64,000 nt of DNA, taken from Thermostichus sp. DRC_bins_24. GTDB taxonomy: Bacteria; Cyanobacteriota; Cyanobacteriia; Thermostichales; Thermostichaceae. The translations under genes and the position numbers were made by a program. The DNA is taken from positions 1,225 to 65,224 of the forward strand of contig JAUQVK010000101.1 in assembly GCA_039794845.1 (NCBI GenBank). The letters run 5' to 3'. The notes under the pieces were generated by a model, which saw nothing but the letters and a program-made list of their open reading frames with translations, did not search any database and had not been told where the DNA came from. Position 1 is the first letter of the stretch. Each line of letters begins with the position of its first letter. This document shows, piece by piece, positions 43,746 through 54,676 of this stretch.

Positions 43746-44054
43746 ATGCCTATTGCAGTTGGAATGATCGAGACCCGCGGATTCCCGGCAGTGGTGGAAG
43801 CCGCCGATGCCATGGTAAAAGCGGCTCGTGTTACCTTGGTCGGCTATGAAAAAATTGGCAGTGGTCGGGTAACGGTGATCGTGCGGGGCGATGTTTCGGA
43901 GGTGCAAGCTTCTGTGGCCGCCGGTTTGGAGTCTGCCAAACGGGTGAGTGGCGGTGAAATTCTTTCCCACCACATCATTGCCCGTCCCCACGAGAACCTG
44001 GAGTTTGTGCTGCCCATCCGGTACACCGAGGCGGTGGAGCAGTTCCGCACCTAG
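43746..44054 (+). CDS. ccmK2: Carboxysome shell hexamer
   Basis: BMC domain [26 protein letters not shown]...YTEAVEQFR, 102 aa. Confidence 0.95.
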   Translation: MPIAVGMIETRGFPAVVEAADAMVKAARVTLVGYEKIGSGRVTVIVRGDVSEVQASVAAGLESAKRVSGGEILSHHIIARPHENLEFVLPIRYTEAVEQFRT

Positions 44055-44199
44055 AGTTTCTGACGAAGCCGAGGGGCGCTCTGGATCCCTGCGGCAGCGC
44101 CCAAGCTTCCTGCCCATCAGCGAATGCTTGGCTTTCTCCTTGGTCTCGGTCTTGAGACAATTTTGCACCCATTCTTGAATTTCAGCATAAGGAGTACAT

Positions 44200-44541
44200 A
44201 TGGCTATTGCAGTCGGCATGATCGAAACCTTGGGCTTCCCGGCAGTGGTGGAAGCCGCCGATGCCATGGTGAAGGCGGCTCGCGTTACCCTGGTCGGCTA
44301 CGAAAAAATCAGCAGTGGGCGGGTGACGGTGATCGTGCGAGGGGATGTCTCGGAGGTGCAGGCTTCGGTATCTGCCGGGATCGACTCCGTCAAGCGGGTG
44401 AATGGCGGCCAGCTGTTGTCTTGGCACATCATTGCTCGTCCCCATGAAAACCTTGAGTACGTGCTGCCAATTCGCTACACGGAAGATGTGGCCCAGTTCC
44501 GCGAAGGGGTGAATGCCATCCGTCCCTTCACCCGTCCCTGA
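44200..44541 (+). CDS. ccmK1: Carboxysome shell hexamer with a C-terminal extension
   Basis: BMC domain with MIETLGFP and the extension [10 protein letters not shown]. Confidence 0.93.
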   Translation: MAIAVGMIETLGFPAVVEAADAMVKAARVTLVGYEKISSGRVTVIVRGDVSEVQASVSAGIDSVKRVNGGQLLSWHIIARPHENLEYVLPIRYTEDVAQFREGVNAIRPFTRP

Positions 44542-44840
44542 TGCGTATCGCTATCGTGCGGGGCACCGTCACCAGTACCCAGAAGGATCCCAGCCTGACG
44601 GGGGTGAAGTTTCTGCTGCTGCAATTTGTCGATCTCGAGGGTCAGCCGCAACCCGACTATGCAGTGGCCGCCGATCCGGTAGGGGCTGGTACCGACGAAT
44701 GGGTTCTGGTCAGCCAGGGCAGTGCCGCTCGCCAACCCCAAGGGAATGAAACCCGACCCCTGGATGCCGTGGTGATGGCGATCATCGACACCGTTAGCAT
44801 TGGCGGTCGCTCCCTCTACAACAAGCGCGATCAACGCTAA
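44541..44840 (+). CDS. ccmL: Carboxysome vertex pentamer
   Basis: VRGTVTSTQKDPSL.G.KFLL, VAAD.VGAG..EWVLV..GSAAR and DA.V.AIID. Confidence 0.96.
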   Translation: MRIAIVRGTVTSTQKDPSLTGVKFLLLQFVDLEGQPQPDYAVAADPVGAGTDEWVLVSQGSAARQPQGNETRPLDAVVMAIIDTVSIGGRSLYNKRDQR

Positions 44841-44900
44841 CTGGGATCCCTCATTTTTCTTCCTTTCCTCTCCCTTGATACGCTTCTGAGGCTCACGGTT

Positions 44901-46892
44901 ATGCCTGTTCGTACCTATGCTGCCCCGCCCACCCCTTGGTCTCGTGATTTGGCGGAGCCTGATATCGACCCTTCTGCCTACGTGCATTCCTTCTCCAACT
45001 TGATTGGGGATGTGCGGGTGGAAGCGCAGGTGCTGATCGCCCCAGGAACTTCCATCCGAGCTGACGAGGGATCCCCTTTCCACATTGGCGAGAGATCCAA
45101 CATTCAGGATGGGGTGGTGATCCACGGTCTGGAGCAGGGGCGAGTGGTGGGGGAAGATGGCAAACCCTACTCCGTCTGGATCGGCAGAAACACCTCCGTT
45201 GCCCACATGGCTCTAATCCATGGGCCGGCCTACGTGGGCAACGACTGCTTCATCGGCTTCCGCTCGACGGTGTTTAATGCCCGGGTTGGGGATGGTTGCA
45301 TCGTCATGTTGCACTGCCTGATCCAAGATGTGGAGATTCCTCCGGGCAAGTATGTGCCCTCCGGCTCCATCATCACCACCCAAGCTGAGGCGGATCGGTT
45401 GCCCAACGTGCAGGACAGCGATGCCAAATTTGCCCAGCATGTGATCGGTATTAATCAAGCCCTGCGAGAGGGCTACCACTGCAGCGAGAATCTGGTCTGT
45501 ATCGCCCCGATCCGCAACGAACTGCAATCGAGAACCCATGACTCAACGGCTACGGAGACTGCAACCATGACTCATCCCTCCCATCGCGCCAACGGCTGGA
45601 ACGGTGGCGGATCCCATCTCAAGCCCGAGGTGGTGGAGCAAATTCGCGCCCTGTTGGCCCAGGGATATCGAGTTGGCTTGGAATATGCCGATGCCCGTCG
45701 CTTCCGTACCTCCTCTTGGCAAAGCGAAAGCCCGATCACCAGCACCCGTGAAGCCGAAGTGGTGCAGTCTTTGGGGGCAATTTTGGCGGAGCACCAGGGA
45801 GAATACGTACGCCTGTTGGGGATCGATCCCAAGGCCAAACGGCGGGTCTTGGAGTTGGTGATTCAAACCCCTGACGGGCCGGCCCAAGGCTCTGGGGTGC
45901 CCACCCGCGTCCCGACGGCCACAGGCTCTGGCTCTGCTGCATCGGGGGCATCTGGTACGGGTTCAAACCTAGAGGAGCAGATTCGCTCGCTGTTGGCACA
46001 GGGGTATCGCATTGGCTTAGAAGCTGCCGATGCCCGTCGTTACCGCACCTCCTCTTGGCAAACCCTGGGCAACTTCAGTGGTCAACCTCGCGACATTTTG
46101 GCCTCGATTCAAACCGCTCTAGCCCAGCATTCAGGGGAGTATGTGCGCCTGTTGGGGATTGATCCCAAGGCCAAGCGGCGGGTCTTGGAACGGGTGATTC
46201 AAACCCCCCAAGGCCGGGTGAGCAGCGGTTCTGCGGCGGTGAGCCATGCTGCTGGGGCTGCCCCATCGGCGGGGAGTGTCGCCGGGTTGGAACTGGGGCT
46301 GCAGGAAGAAGTGCACCGCCTCCTGGCCAAGGGGTACCGGATTGGCTACGAATATGCCGATGAGCGTCGCTTCAAGACCTCTTCCTGGAGGAGCGGCCCC
46401 ACCATTCGCGCCACCCGTGGGCCGGAGGTCTTGGTGAAGCTAGCGGCTGCCTTGGCGGAGCACAGCGGTGAATATGTGCGCCTGATCGGCATCGACCCCA
46501 AGGCCAAAAGGCGTGTGTTCGAGCAGATCGTTCAAACCCCTGGCAGTAAGTCGGCGGTCACGGGTACTGCCCCCACTCCCTCTGCCGCTGCCTCTTCTCC
46601 GGGCCGATCCCACGCCCCTTCCACGTCCACTCGCCTCGATGCCGAGGTTTTGGCTCAAGTGCAGCAGCTGTTGGGTCAGGGCTATCGCATCGGCACCGAA
46701 CATGCCGATAAGCGTCGCTTCCGCACCTCCTCCTGGCAAAGCTGCAGCCCGATCGAAGCAACCCAAATGCCCCAGGTGGTGGCGGCTCTGGAAGCCTGCC
46801 TGGATGAACATCGTGGAGAATACGTGCGCCTGCTGGGCATCGATACCAAGGCGAAACGGCGGGTGCTGGAGCAAATCATCCAAACCCCTTGA
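44901..46892 (+). CDS. ccmM: Carboxysome assembly protein CcmM (gamma-CA + 4 SSUL domains)
   Basis: [15 protein letters not shown] and HGPAYVG, followed by four repeats of GYR.G.E.AD.RRF.TSSW...GEYVRL.GID..AKRRV.E. Confidence 0.97.
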   Translation: MPVRTYAAPPTPWSRDLAEPDIDPSAYVHSFSNLIGDVRVEAQVLIAPGTSIRADEGSPFHIGERSNIQDGVVIHGLEQGRVVGEDGKPYSVWIGRNTSVAHMALIHGPAYVGNDCFIGFRSTVFNARVGDGCIVMLHCLIQDVEIPPGKYVPSGSIITTQAEADRLPNVQDSDAKFAQHVIGINQALREGYHCSENLVCIAPIRNELQSRTHDSTATETATMTHPSHRANGWNGGGSHLKPEVVEQIRALLAQGYRVGLEYADARRFRTSSWQSESPITSTREAEVVQSLGAILAEHQGEYVRLLGIDPKAKRRVLELVIQTPDGPAQGSGVPTRVPTATGSGSAASGASGTGSNLEEQIRSLLAQGYRIGLEAADARRYRTSSWQTLGNFSGQPRDILASIQTALAQHSGEYVRLLGIDPKAKRRVLERVIQTPQGRVSSGSAAVSHAAGAAPSAGSVAGLELGLQEEVHRLLAKGYRIGYEYADERRFKTSSWRSGPTIRATRGPEVLVKLAAALAEHSGEYVRLIGIDPKAKRRVFEQIVQTPGSKSAVTGTAPTPSAAASSPGRSHAPSTSTRLDAEVLAQVQQLLGQGYRIGTEHADKRRFRTSSWQSCSPIEATQMPQVVAALEACLDEHRGEYVRLLGIDTKAKRRVLEQIIQTP

Positions 46893-46949
46893 GGGAGGGA
46901 TCCCTGTGTTTGGTTAACCTCTGTTCGGTTCGAGCCCGACCCCCTAGCA

Positions 46950-47612
46950 ATGAGGAGCATTTTGGCCGCTACTCTGCCAACCCCAATGGCGTTCAGTGTC
47001 TCGCCCGGCAAGATCAGCGAAACCCGCTATTTCGTTAGTGGTGAGGTGCATGTCGAGCCTGGGGCGGGAATCGGGGCAGGAGTGCTGTTGCGGGCCAATC
47101 CCGGCTGTCGCATTCAAATCGGGCGAGGGGTGTGTATTGGTATGGGATCCATCTTGCACGCCTGCGGGGGATCCCTGATCGTCGAAGCCGGTGCCACCTT
47201 GGGAACAGGAGTGTTGGTGATCGGTCAGGGCACCATCGGCAGCAATGCTTGCATTGGCTCGGAGACGACACTGCTGGATTGCTCGATTTTAAGCCAACAG
47301 GTGATTCCCCCCGGCTCTTTGATTGGGGATCCCAGCTATTCCGATGCAGCAACCGCCAGCGACCCCAACCCGCCAGAACCTGCGGAAGCACCCGCATCCT
47401 CAGAACCGACACCCCTTCCACCCCCGAGCTCCCCAGTGGCTAATGTGGAAAAACAAACCCGTCGCTGGCAGGAAGCTGCCGAGCAAGCCGAAGAAAATCC
47501 TCGCTCCAAGAAGCTCCGCAAACGGAACGGGATCCCGGGACATTCCGAGCTGGATCGGCTGCTGGGCAAGATTTATCCCCATCGACAGGCACTCTCCTCC
47601 AACGATGGCTAG
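46950..47612 (+). CDS. ccmN: Carboxysome assembly protein CcmN
   Basis: Hexapeptide repeats (GVCIGMGSILHA, G.NACIG), a Pro-rich linker and a C-terminal encapsulation peptide (LDRLLGKIYPHR). Position in the operon agrees. Confidence 0.9.
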   Translation: MRSILAATLPTPMAFSVSPGKISETRYFVSGEVHVEPGAGIGAGVLLRANPGCRIQIGRGVCIGMGSILHACGGSLIVEAGATLGTGVLVIGQGTIGSNACIGSETTLLDCSILSQQVIPPGSLIGDPSYSDAATASDPNPPEPAEAPASSEPTPLPPPSSPVANVEKQTRRWQEAAEQAEENPRSKKLRKRNGIPGHSELDRLLGKIYPHRQALSSNDG

Positions 47613-47631
47613 ACTGGCATGAGTACGTAGG

Positions 47632-48354
47632 ATGCCGATGTCAACCTCTCTGGGCCTGATTCAAACCCGCAGTTTTCCGGTGATTGTGCGCATTGCCGAC
47701 GCCATGACCAAGTCGGCGGGAGTGATGCTGATCGGTTTTGAGAAAACCTCGGGGGGCTACTGCACGGCGATCGTGCGCGGGGGCATTGCCGATGTGCGCA
47801 TTGCCATTGAAGAAGGGATTGAGCTGGCCCGGCATTTTGATCAGGAGGAGCTCTCCAGTTTGGTGATCCCACGTCCCTTGCCCAACCTGGAAGTGGTGCT
47901 GCCGATCAGTAGTAAGCTTTCCCAACTGGCGCAAAACCGGGGCTATAGCCGCCTTAGCAACCTGGCCGTGGGTCTGCTGGAAACCCGGGGTTTTCCGGCA
48001 ATGGTGGGGGCTGCAGATACAATGCTGAAAACCGCTGATGTGCAACTGGCTGCCTATGAGACGATCGGAGATGGCCTCTGTACGGCGATCATACGGGGCA
48101 CTGTAGCCAATGTGGCCATTGCCATCGATGCGGGCATGTACGAAGCAGAACGGATTGGGGAGCTGCACGCCATTGCCGTCATCCCGCGTCCCCTCGACGA
48201 GTTGGAACAAGCCCTGCCCGTGGCCAGTTGTTTCGTGGCTCAGCCCGTCAGTCTGCCTGTGGCCATTCCCCAGGTCCAGGAACAGGAGGTGCAACGCAGC
48301 GAAACTGCAGTGGAGCGGATTCCGGTGTATCTAGAGCCGCCTGAAACTCCCTAG
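47632..48354 (+). CDS. ccmO: Tandem-BMC carboxysome shell protein
   Basis: Two BMC domains (SLGLIQTRSFP; AVGLLETRGFPAMVGAAD). Confidence 0.93.
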   Translation: MPMSTSLGLIQTRSFPVIVRIADAMTKSAGVMLIGFEKTSGGYCTAIVRGGIADVRIAIEEGIELARHFDQEELSSLVIPRPLPNLEVVLPISSKLSQLAQNRGYSRLSNLAVGLLETRGFPAMVGAADTMLKTADVQLAAYETIGDGLCTAIIRGTVANVAIAIDAGMYEAERIGELHAIAVIPRPLDELEQALPVASCFVAQPVSLPVAIPQVQEQEVQRSETAVERIPVYLEPPETP

Positions 48355-48434
48355 GCCTTGAGGCAGATCACCGACCGATAGCCCCGAGCAGAGGGATCCC
48401 TACCTGCTGGGGGAAAAGTGCTAGGCTATTTAAA

Positions 48435-48529
48435 GACCTGGGTCCGTGCGGCTCCGACGCCTAAACCGTGTCAGGATCGGAAGATAGCAGCACCACGGGA
48501 TGCTTTGAGCAGGCGCGTCAACCCGGGTC
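48435..48529 (+). ncRNA. ffs: Signal recognition particle RNA (4.5S)
   Basis: Conserved domain IV CCGTGTCAGGATCGGAAGATAGCAGCACCACGG with a GGAA tetraloop. Terminal pairing GACCTGGGT/ACCCGGGTC. About 95 nt. Confidence 0.93.
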
Positions 48530-48642
48530 GCCGTTTCCGCTTAGCCCCCAACTTGTCAAGGGAGTGCTGGGTAATGGATTTTTTGTTTTGTTGTTGTTGA
48601 TTTGTCAATATCTGAGTCCACCAACCAGCACACGGGCAACCC

Positions 48643-49047
48643 ATGGCTGAGACCAACAATCCCATCGCCAATTTTGCCCAGAAGGCCCTTTATCTCGGCA
48701 TGGGGCTGGCCGCTGTGGCGGCGGATAACGCTGCAAAGGTCGCGGGCAGGGCGGGTAGCCGTCTGGCTGAGTTGCGCAAGCAAGCCCAAGCTTTGGTGGA
48801 TGAGTTGGTGGAACGGGGGGCGATGAGCGCAGAAGAGGCGCGAGCCTTCATGGACACCGTGGCTGCTCAAGCCGGTCGCAAGGGGGAGGAGGGGCAAGCT
48901 TCAGGCCCACGCAAGATCAGCATTGACGATATCGGTGACGAAGCGGATGGAGCCAGCACCGCCATCGAGCTCTCGGAAGCAGCCCGCCTACGCCAGCAAA
49001 TCGCAGAATTACAAGCAGAGTTGGATCGGATCAAAGGCAAATCTTGA
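48643..49047 (+). CDS. Phasin-like (PhaF/PhaI-type) coiled-coil protein
   Basis: QKALYLG.GLA, LVDELVERG.M..EEAR.F.D, PRKI.I and a C-terminal coiled coil. Confidence 0.7.
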   Translation: MAETNNPIANFAQKALYLGMGLAAVAADNAAKVAGRAGSRLAELRKQAQALVDELVERGAMSAEEARAFMDTVAAQAGRKGEEGQASGPRKISIDDIGDEADGASTAIELSEAARLRQQIAELQAELDRIKGKS

Positions 49048-49153
49048 ACAGGATCCCTGCCAGATTGATTTGCTCTCTTGGGAAGTTCACAGCCACGCTC
49101 ATATCCAGGTGGGCAAAAGAGAGATAGCTCGGTTCCCAACCGTTGGAGGGATC

Positions 49154-50470
49154 CTACCGTCGTGAAGCGGTGGGCAGCAGGATCCCGTCTTCAGAGAGAA
49201 ACCTTGGGCTTAAGAAAGGCTGCAAGGCCTTGGGAATGCGAATGGTACCGTCCGGCTGCTGGTGATTTTCCAGCAGGGCAGCCAGAGAGCGCCCCACCGC
49301 TAACCCCGAGCCATTGAGGGTATGAACAAACTGCGTTCCTTTCTGGCCGGTTTCTTTACAGCGCAGATTGGCCCGTCGGGCTTGAAAATCCCAGCAATTG
49401 GAGCAACTAGAGATCTCGCGGTACTGATTTTGTGAGGGGAACCACACCTCTAGGTCGAAGCAACGGGCCGCTGAAAAGCCCAAGTCGCCGGTACACAACT
49501 CCACCACTCGGTAGGGCAACTCCAGCATTTGCAAAATGGCTTCGGCATCTTGCACCAGTTTTTCGTGCTCGGCTTCCGATTGGTCGGGATGGGTCACTTT
49601 CACCATCTCCACTTTTTGAAATTGGTGCAACCGGATCAACCCCTTGGTGTCGCGGCCGTAGCTGCCGGCCTCCCGTCGAAAACAGGGGGTATGGGCACAA
49701 AAGTAAAAGGGCAGCTGCTCGGCCGGGATCACCTCATCACGGTACAGGTTGGTGAGGGGTACTTCAGCGGTGGGAACTAACCACAGATCGTCGTCGGCAC
49801 AGCGAAAGCCATCTTCGGCAAACTTGGGCAGTTGCCCCGTTCCCTGCAGGGCGGCGCTGTTGACCAAAAAGGGTGGGATCACCTCGGTATAGCCAGCCCC
49901 AATGTGACGATCCAGCATCATGGCGATCAAAGCGCGCTCTAGGGCTGCCCCTGCCCCAACCATGGCCACAAAGCGACTTTGGGCCACCTTGACCGCACGG
50001 CCAAAATCCAGCAATCCCCATTGTTCGGCAATCTCGTCGTGGGGCAAAACCGGGTGGGCGGGTTTGAGGGCATCTCCCCAGCGGCGCACCTCTGGGTTAT
50101 CGGTTTCGTCTTTCCCCACCGGCACCATCGGCAGAGGTAAGTTGGGTAAGGTGAGCAGCTGAGCCTCGATGTGGGCGTCAAGATCTCGTTCTTGTTGCTC
50201 CAATTGGGCGATCTCGGCTTTGAGATCCACCCCCCGTTGCCGTAGGGCTGCTACTTCGGATCCCTTGGGATCAGCTCCCCGGCGGACGAGATCGCCAACT
50301 TTCTTGCCGATGCTGTTGCTTTCCGCCTGCAGGGATCCCCGTCGAGTTTCCAACTGCCGCCGTTCCACATCCAATTTCAGGATCAGATCCAGATCAACCA
50401 CGGCCCGCCGATGTTGTAGAGCCTGCCGCACGGTTTCAGGATGATCCCGCAGTAGCTTCAGATCGAGCAC
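49154..50470 (-). CDS. serS: Serine--tRNA ligase
   Basis: [44 protein letters not shown] and TLNGSGLA. Confidence 0.98.
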   Translation of the reverse strand: MLDLKLLRDHPETVRQALQHRRAVVDLDLILKLDVERRQLETRRGSLQAESNSIGKKVGDLVRRGADPKGSEVAALRQRGVDLKAEIAQLEQQERDLDAHIEAQLLTLPNLPLPMVPVGKDETDNPEVRRWGDALKPAHPVLPHDEIAEQWGLLDFGRAVKVAQSRFVAMVGAGAALERALIAMMLDRHIGAGYTEVIPPFLVNSAALQGTGQLPKFAEDGFRCADDDLWLVPTAEVPLTNLYRDEVIPAEQLPFYFCAHTPCFRREAGSYGRDTKGLIRLHQFQKVEMVKVTHPDQSEAEHEKLVQDAEAILQMLELPYRVVELCTGDLGFSAARCFDLEVWFPSQNQYREISSCSNCWDFQARRANLRCKETGQKGTQFVHTLNGSGLAVGRSLAALLENHQQPDGTIRIPKALQPFLSPRFLSEDGILLPTASRR

Positions 50471-50489
50471 AGGGATAGCCTACTTCCGC

Positions 50490-51521
<1,032 letters not shown>

Positions 51522-51551
51522 CTAGAATACCAGGATCCGAGGGATCCCTCT

Positions 51552-52766
51552 CTACAAAAATGGGTAAACTACCCGACTCCGACCGCTAAGCAGTACAGCG
51601 CGGGCTTTCAGCAGCCCTCCAGTTATCTCGCAAGACAACCAGGAACCTCCAGGGCGGTTTACAAGCGCCCCGATTGATTGAATGTTCTTTGCACCGTTAA
51701 AATCCGCATCCCCTTGCCAACCGCAATGCCCACAAGCAAACTTCTTCCCCTGCCGATACGATTCACCCTGTTCGGGATGAATGTGCAAGCATTGGTGGCA
51801 AATCTGGCTGGTATAGGCAGGGTTGACCAAGATCAGCTTCACGCCTTCTCTCAGACACTTATAGGTCAAAAAGAGGCGAAGCTGGTAGAACGCCCAACTA
51901 TTACTGCGCCTACGCTCCGTTTTGTTGCGAGGCTGTTGGTTGGTTCGCTCTCGGATGCCGGTCAAATCCTCCAAGGCGATGCTGGCAGACAGAGATTTGG
52001 CAGTTTCAACGATGCGTCTCGAAACAGTATGACTCACCCAACTTTGGAACCGACGCTCACCACCAGACAACCGTTGCAGCAATCCACGCACTCGGCGGCG
52101 TGTACTGCGTGTGCCCTTACTGGCTTTGTGCTGGAGCTTGGCTCTCAAGTTGGCCAAGTGGTCTCGAACTTTGGTTATGGCTTGTCCATTCCAGTGCTGT
52201 CCCTCCGAAGTGTGAGCAATATCGGTACGCCCCAAATCTACGCCCAAAACCTGATTCCTCTCTTGCGGCTCTGGCGACTCTGCCTCCAGACAAATTTGGA
52301 GATAGTAGGAACCCTCTTGCCGCTTCACCAGAGTGGCAGACTTGGGGTGAGAGCCTTTCAGCATTCCCCGTTGGTAGTTGCCGATTGCTAGTTCAAACCG
52401 CTCACGCCCATCAACGGTGGTAATCGAAGCCGTCCAGTCTTTCTCCCGAAACGAGAAAATCCGAGCGTCATAGGTAACAAAGCCCGTCTTGAACGCTTTG
52501 ACCGGGCGATGCTTTTGTTTGGCCACTTGGCGAGAACCGGCAACTCGCCTGCACACCTGTTGAGCCAAGTTGCTCGACAGGCCAAAGCGAGCGCGAATCT
52601 CGTAGTAGCAAAGGGATTGCAGCTTAACTGCATTGACTATCTTCTCCGGTGTGTTCTGGTTCACCCAGTTCAACGCCTGCCCAAAAGCATCCAGAGTCGC
52701 ATCCAGTTTTGCGGCCTGCGATTCGGATACCTTGAGCTTGCAAGAGATAGTCAGGACTTGGTTCAT
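51552..52766 (-). CDS. tnpB: RNA-guided endonuclease TnpB
   Basis: RuvC-I LGVDLG, RuvC-II IALEDL, YTSQ.CHQC...CGHC zinc finger and RuvC-III DADFNGAKNI. A GGAGG SD is present. Confidence 0.95.
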   Translation of the reverse strand: MNQVLTISCKLKVSESQAAKLDATLDAFGQALNWVNQNTPEKIVNAVKLQSLCYYEIRARFGLSSNLAQQVCRRVAGSRQVAKQKHRPVKAFKTGFVTYDARIFSFREKDWTASITTVDGRERFELAIGNYQRGMLKGSHPKSATLVKRQEGSYYLQICLEAESPEPQERNQVLGVDLGRTDIAHTSEGQHWNGQAITKVRDHLANLRAKLQHKASKGTRSTRRRVRGLLQRLSGGERRFQSWVSHTVSRRIVETAKSLSASIALEDLTGIRERTNQQPRNKTERRRSNSWAFYQLRLFLTYKCLREGVKLILVNPAYTSQICHQCLHIHPEQGESYRQGKKFACGHCGWQGDADFNGAKNIQSIGALVNRPGGSWLSCEITGGLLKARAVLLSGRSRVVYPFL

Positions 52767-52856
52767 CCCTCCACTTTATTTCATCCCGCTGCCAGCGGCG
52801 CATTCCTCCCGAGACCCACCCTAAAGGGTAGGGTGCGGGGCTCCTGCTGCCCTAGC
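51564..52856 (-). mobile_element. IS200/IS605-family element carrying only tnpB (IS1341-type); ends approximate
   Basis: Related imperfect hairpins lie at both ends. On the minus strand, the left end is GAGCCCCGCACCCTACCCTTTAGGGTGGGTCTCGGGA and the right end is AAGCCCGCGCTGTACTGCTTAGCGGTCGGAGTCGGGTAGTTTAC. There is no tnpA, TIR or TSD. Confidence 0.85.
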
Positions 52857-53144
52857 TGAAGAGCGTTGTCGAATCAGCTCAGCCAAAATGGCCTCCTGGC
52901 GTTCTTGCCCTGCCGCTAAACTGCGCAGAATGGCTTCGTGCCGTTCTTGTCCTGCGACCAAGCTTTGTAGCAATTGACCTTGCTGAACCTGGGTGGTTTT
53001 GATTTCCTGGATAGCTGTGGTGACCACACCAGCCCATTCGGCAAAATGAGCCAAGTCGGCACGAGTTTCACTGACCACGCCCCTGAGATCATCCAAGCCT
53101 CTGGCAAGTAGGGCAAACCGTTCGTTCAGTTCTTCGTTGGTCAT
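52821..53144 (-). CDS. Small coiled-coil protein whose C-terminus runs into the IS left end
   Basis: MTNEELNERFA..., with an internal 14-aa duplication (LQSLVAGQERHEAI / LRSLAAGQERQEAI). The last residues and stop lie within the IS hairpin. Confidence 0.7.
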   Translation of the reverse strand: MTNEELNERFALLARGLDDLRGVVSETRADLAHFAEWAGVVTTAIQEIKTTQVQQGQLLQSLVAGQERHEAILRSLAAGQERQEAILAELIRQRSSARAAGAPHPTL

Positions 53145-53197
53145 ATTGTTGGTTCAAATCTTATTCCCAGCTTAGACGAACCCCCCTACGGAAGCGT

Positions 53198-53707
53198 TCA
53201 ACGCTCATCCACCCCCAATTGCCGCAGCAGTTGTTGCAGAATGGTTTGATCGGCAAAGTTACCACTCTTCGAGAACAGGGCCATTGCCTCACGAAAATCG
53301 GCCATAGCAGCTTCTCGATTTCCCAGTTGCAGGTGGGCAACCCCACGACTAAAGTAGGCCTCTGGGATCCCTGCATCCAAACGAATCGCTTCATCGGCGT
53401 CGGCCAGGGCTTCTTCAGGTAGGCGCATTTGATTGTAAACATAGCTGCGATTCACATAAGCAGGGGCATAACCGGGATCCAGCTGCAAGGCCCGATCCAG
53501 ATCCTCCAAAGCGCCCAGGCTATCTCCGCGCAGCAGTTTAAGGGATCCCTGCCAATTGAGGTGAGCGGCGGTTCCAGAAGAGGATACAGGTGGGGTGGCT
53601 ATTAACGAGGTAGGCAAAGGGTTGGCAGGAGGGCTTGCGGGGATCCCCACCCAACCAGCTAAGCTCATCAAGCCCAAAAACCAAACGTTACCCAACCTTT
53701 TTTTCAT
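53198..53707 (-). CDS. Exported/membrane-anchored TPR protein
   Basis: N-terminal signal-like segment, then three TPRs (ALEDLDRALQLDP..APAYVNRS, AYFSRG). Start placed at ATG 53707. Confidence 0.85.
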   Translation of the reverse strand: MKKRLGNVWFLGLMSLAGWVGIPASPPANPLPTSLIATPPVSSSGTAAHLNWQGSLKLLRGDSLGALEDLDRALQLDPGYAPAYVNRSYVYNQMRLPEEALADADEAIRLDAGIPEAYFSRGVAHLQLGNREAAMADFREAMALFSKSGNFADQTILQQLLRQLGVDER

Positions 53708-53709
53708 TC

Positions 53710-54063
53710 TTACCCCTCTTCTTCTAACTCCAAAACCAGACTGGGCATCAGCCGTTGCAAATTCTTGAGGGACTTCCCCTGCCAAGGGATCCCTTTGGAT
53801 CCCAAAACCGTAATTTGAGGTTTGCCCTGCTGGCGAATGCGCACAATAAACTTTGAGAGCATGTTGATGCCGGAACTGTTGAGAAACTGAAGCTGGCGCA
53901 GATCCAATTTCATCGTTTCCGGTTGCTGGCCTGCCGCTTCATTCAGCAACTGAGCCACAGGAGCATATTCTTCTGTACCTGCCAAACGCAGGGATCCCTG
54001 ACAACGCACCGTACCTGAGGCCGCATCATAGTGGATTTGATAATCTTCTGCCTGAATCTCCAT
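53710..54063 (-). CDS. Slr1659-like STAS-fold (anti-sigma-antagonist-like) protein
   Basis: G.LRL, LDLRQLQFLNSSGINML (STAS phospho-Ser motif) and WQ.KSL.NLQRL.P. Confidence 0.82.
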   Translation of the reverse strand: MEIQAEDYQIHYDAASGTVRCQGSLRLAGTEEYAPVAQLLNEAAGQQPETMKLDLRQLQFLNSSGINMLSKFIVRIRQQGKPQITVLGSKGIPWQGKSLKNLQRLMPSLVLELEEEG

Positions 54064-54115
54064 GGTCTCTTCGGCTCCTTTGATTCATCCTTGGTAAATT
54101 CAAAAAAAGCACTTC

Positions 54116-54676
54116 TTAGAGCGACTCTGAGCGCAGCTGCACCATCGTCGAGACTGCGACACCATTGGGATCGGCGTCTTCAAACTTCCAGCCCAACTCC
54201 GCTTGGTAGTCGTTGATCATACTGAGAAAACCCAATCCCGATTGGTTAGAGTCTTCCTCTTCGGCATTTTGCTCCAGGTGTCGCAGCCAAAGTTCAGCAG
54301 GATCGGATTCCGTTAGCTCTCTCAGAAAGCTTTGAAAGGTTTGCACCTGCTGTTTAGCAATGCTGTTGTTGGTGAGAAAAACCAACCTATCTCGATATAA
54401 ATAAAGGGCAATAGTTACCGGAAAATCAGAAGACTGATCGCTATATTTCATGGCATTTTCGATCAGCTCATTGGCAATAAAACTCACTGCACTTTTGACG
54501 GTAACCACACTCTCACCCGGAAAAAAGGTAGCCATGTAGTCTGCCATAAAATTGGCCGAAAGACCATTGTTGCGCCAGCGTTCTTTAAGGGGTACTGAAG
54601 TGGGGGAAAATCTCAGGATCAGATACTCGTTGCCCTGAGGGAGATCCTCTCGGTAATCGCCAAAGATTTGGTTCAT
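54116..54676 (-). CDS. Slr1658-like GHKL/anti-sigma-kinase-fold protein
   Basis: RWRNNGLSA.F.ADY, N-box NELIENAMKY and G-box SGLGFLSMINDY. Confidence 0.82.
   Translation of the reverse strand: MNQIFGDYREDLPQGNEYLILRFSPTSVPLKERWRNNGLSANFMADYMATFFPGESVVTVKSAVSFIANELIENAMKYSDQSSDFPVTIALYLYRDRLVFLTNNSIAKQQVQTFQSFLRELTESDPAELWLRHLEQNAEEEDSNQSGLGFLSMINDYQAELGWKFEDADPNGVAVSTMVQLRSESL

Noticed and set aside
43746..46892. Repeated DNA in ccmK2/ccmK1 and within ccmM as a possible repeat array or CRISPR
   Set aside because: Fully explained by paralogous BMC genes and SSUL domain repeats. There is no repeat-spacer periodicity and no cas genes.
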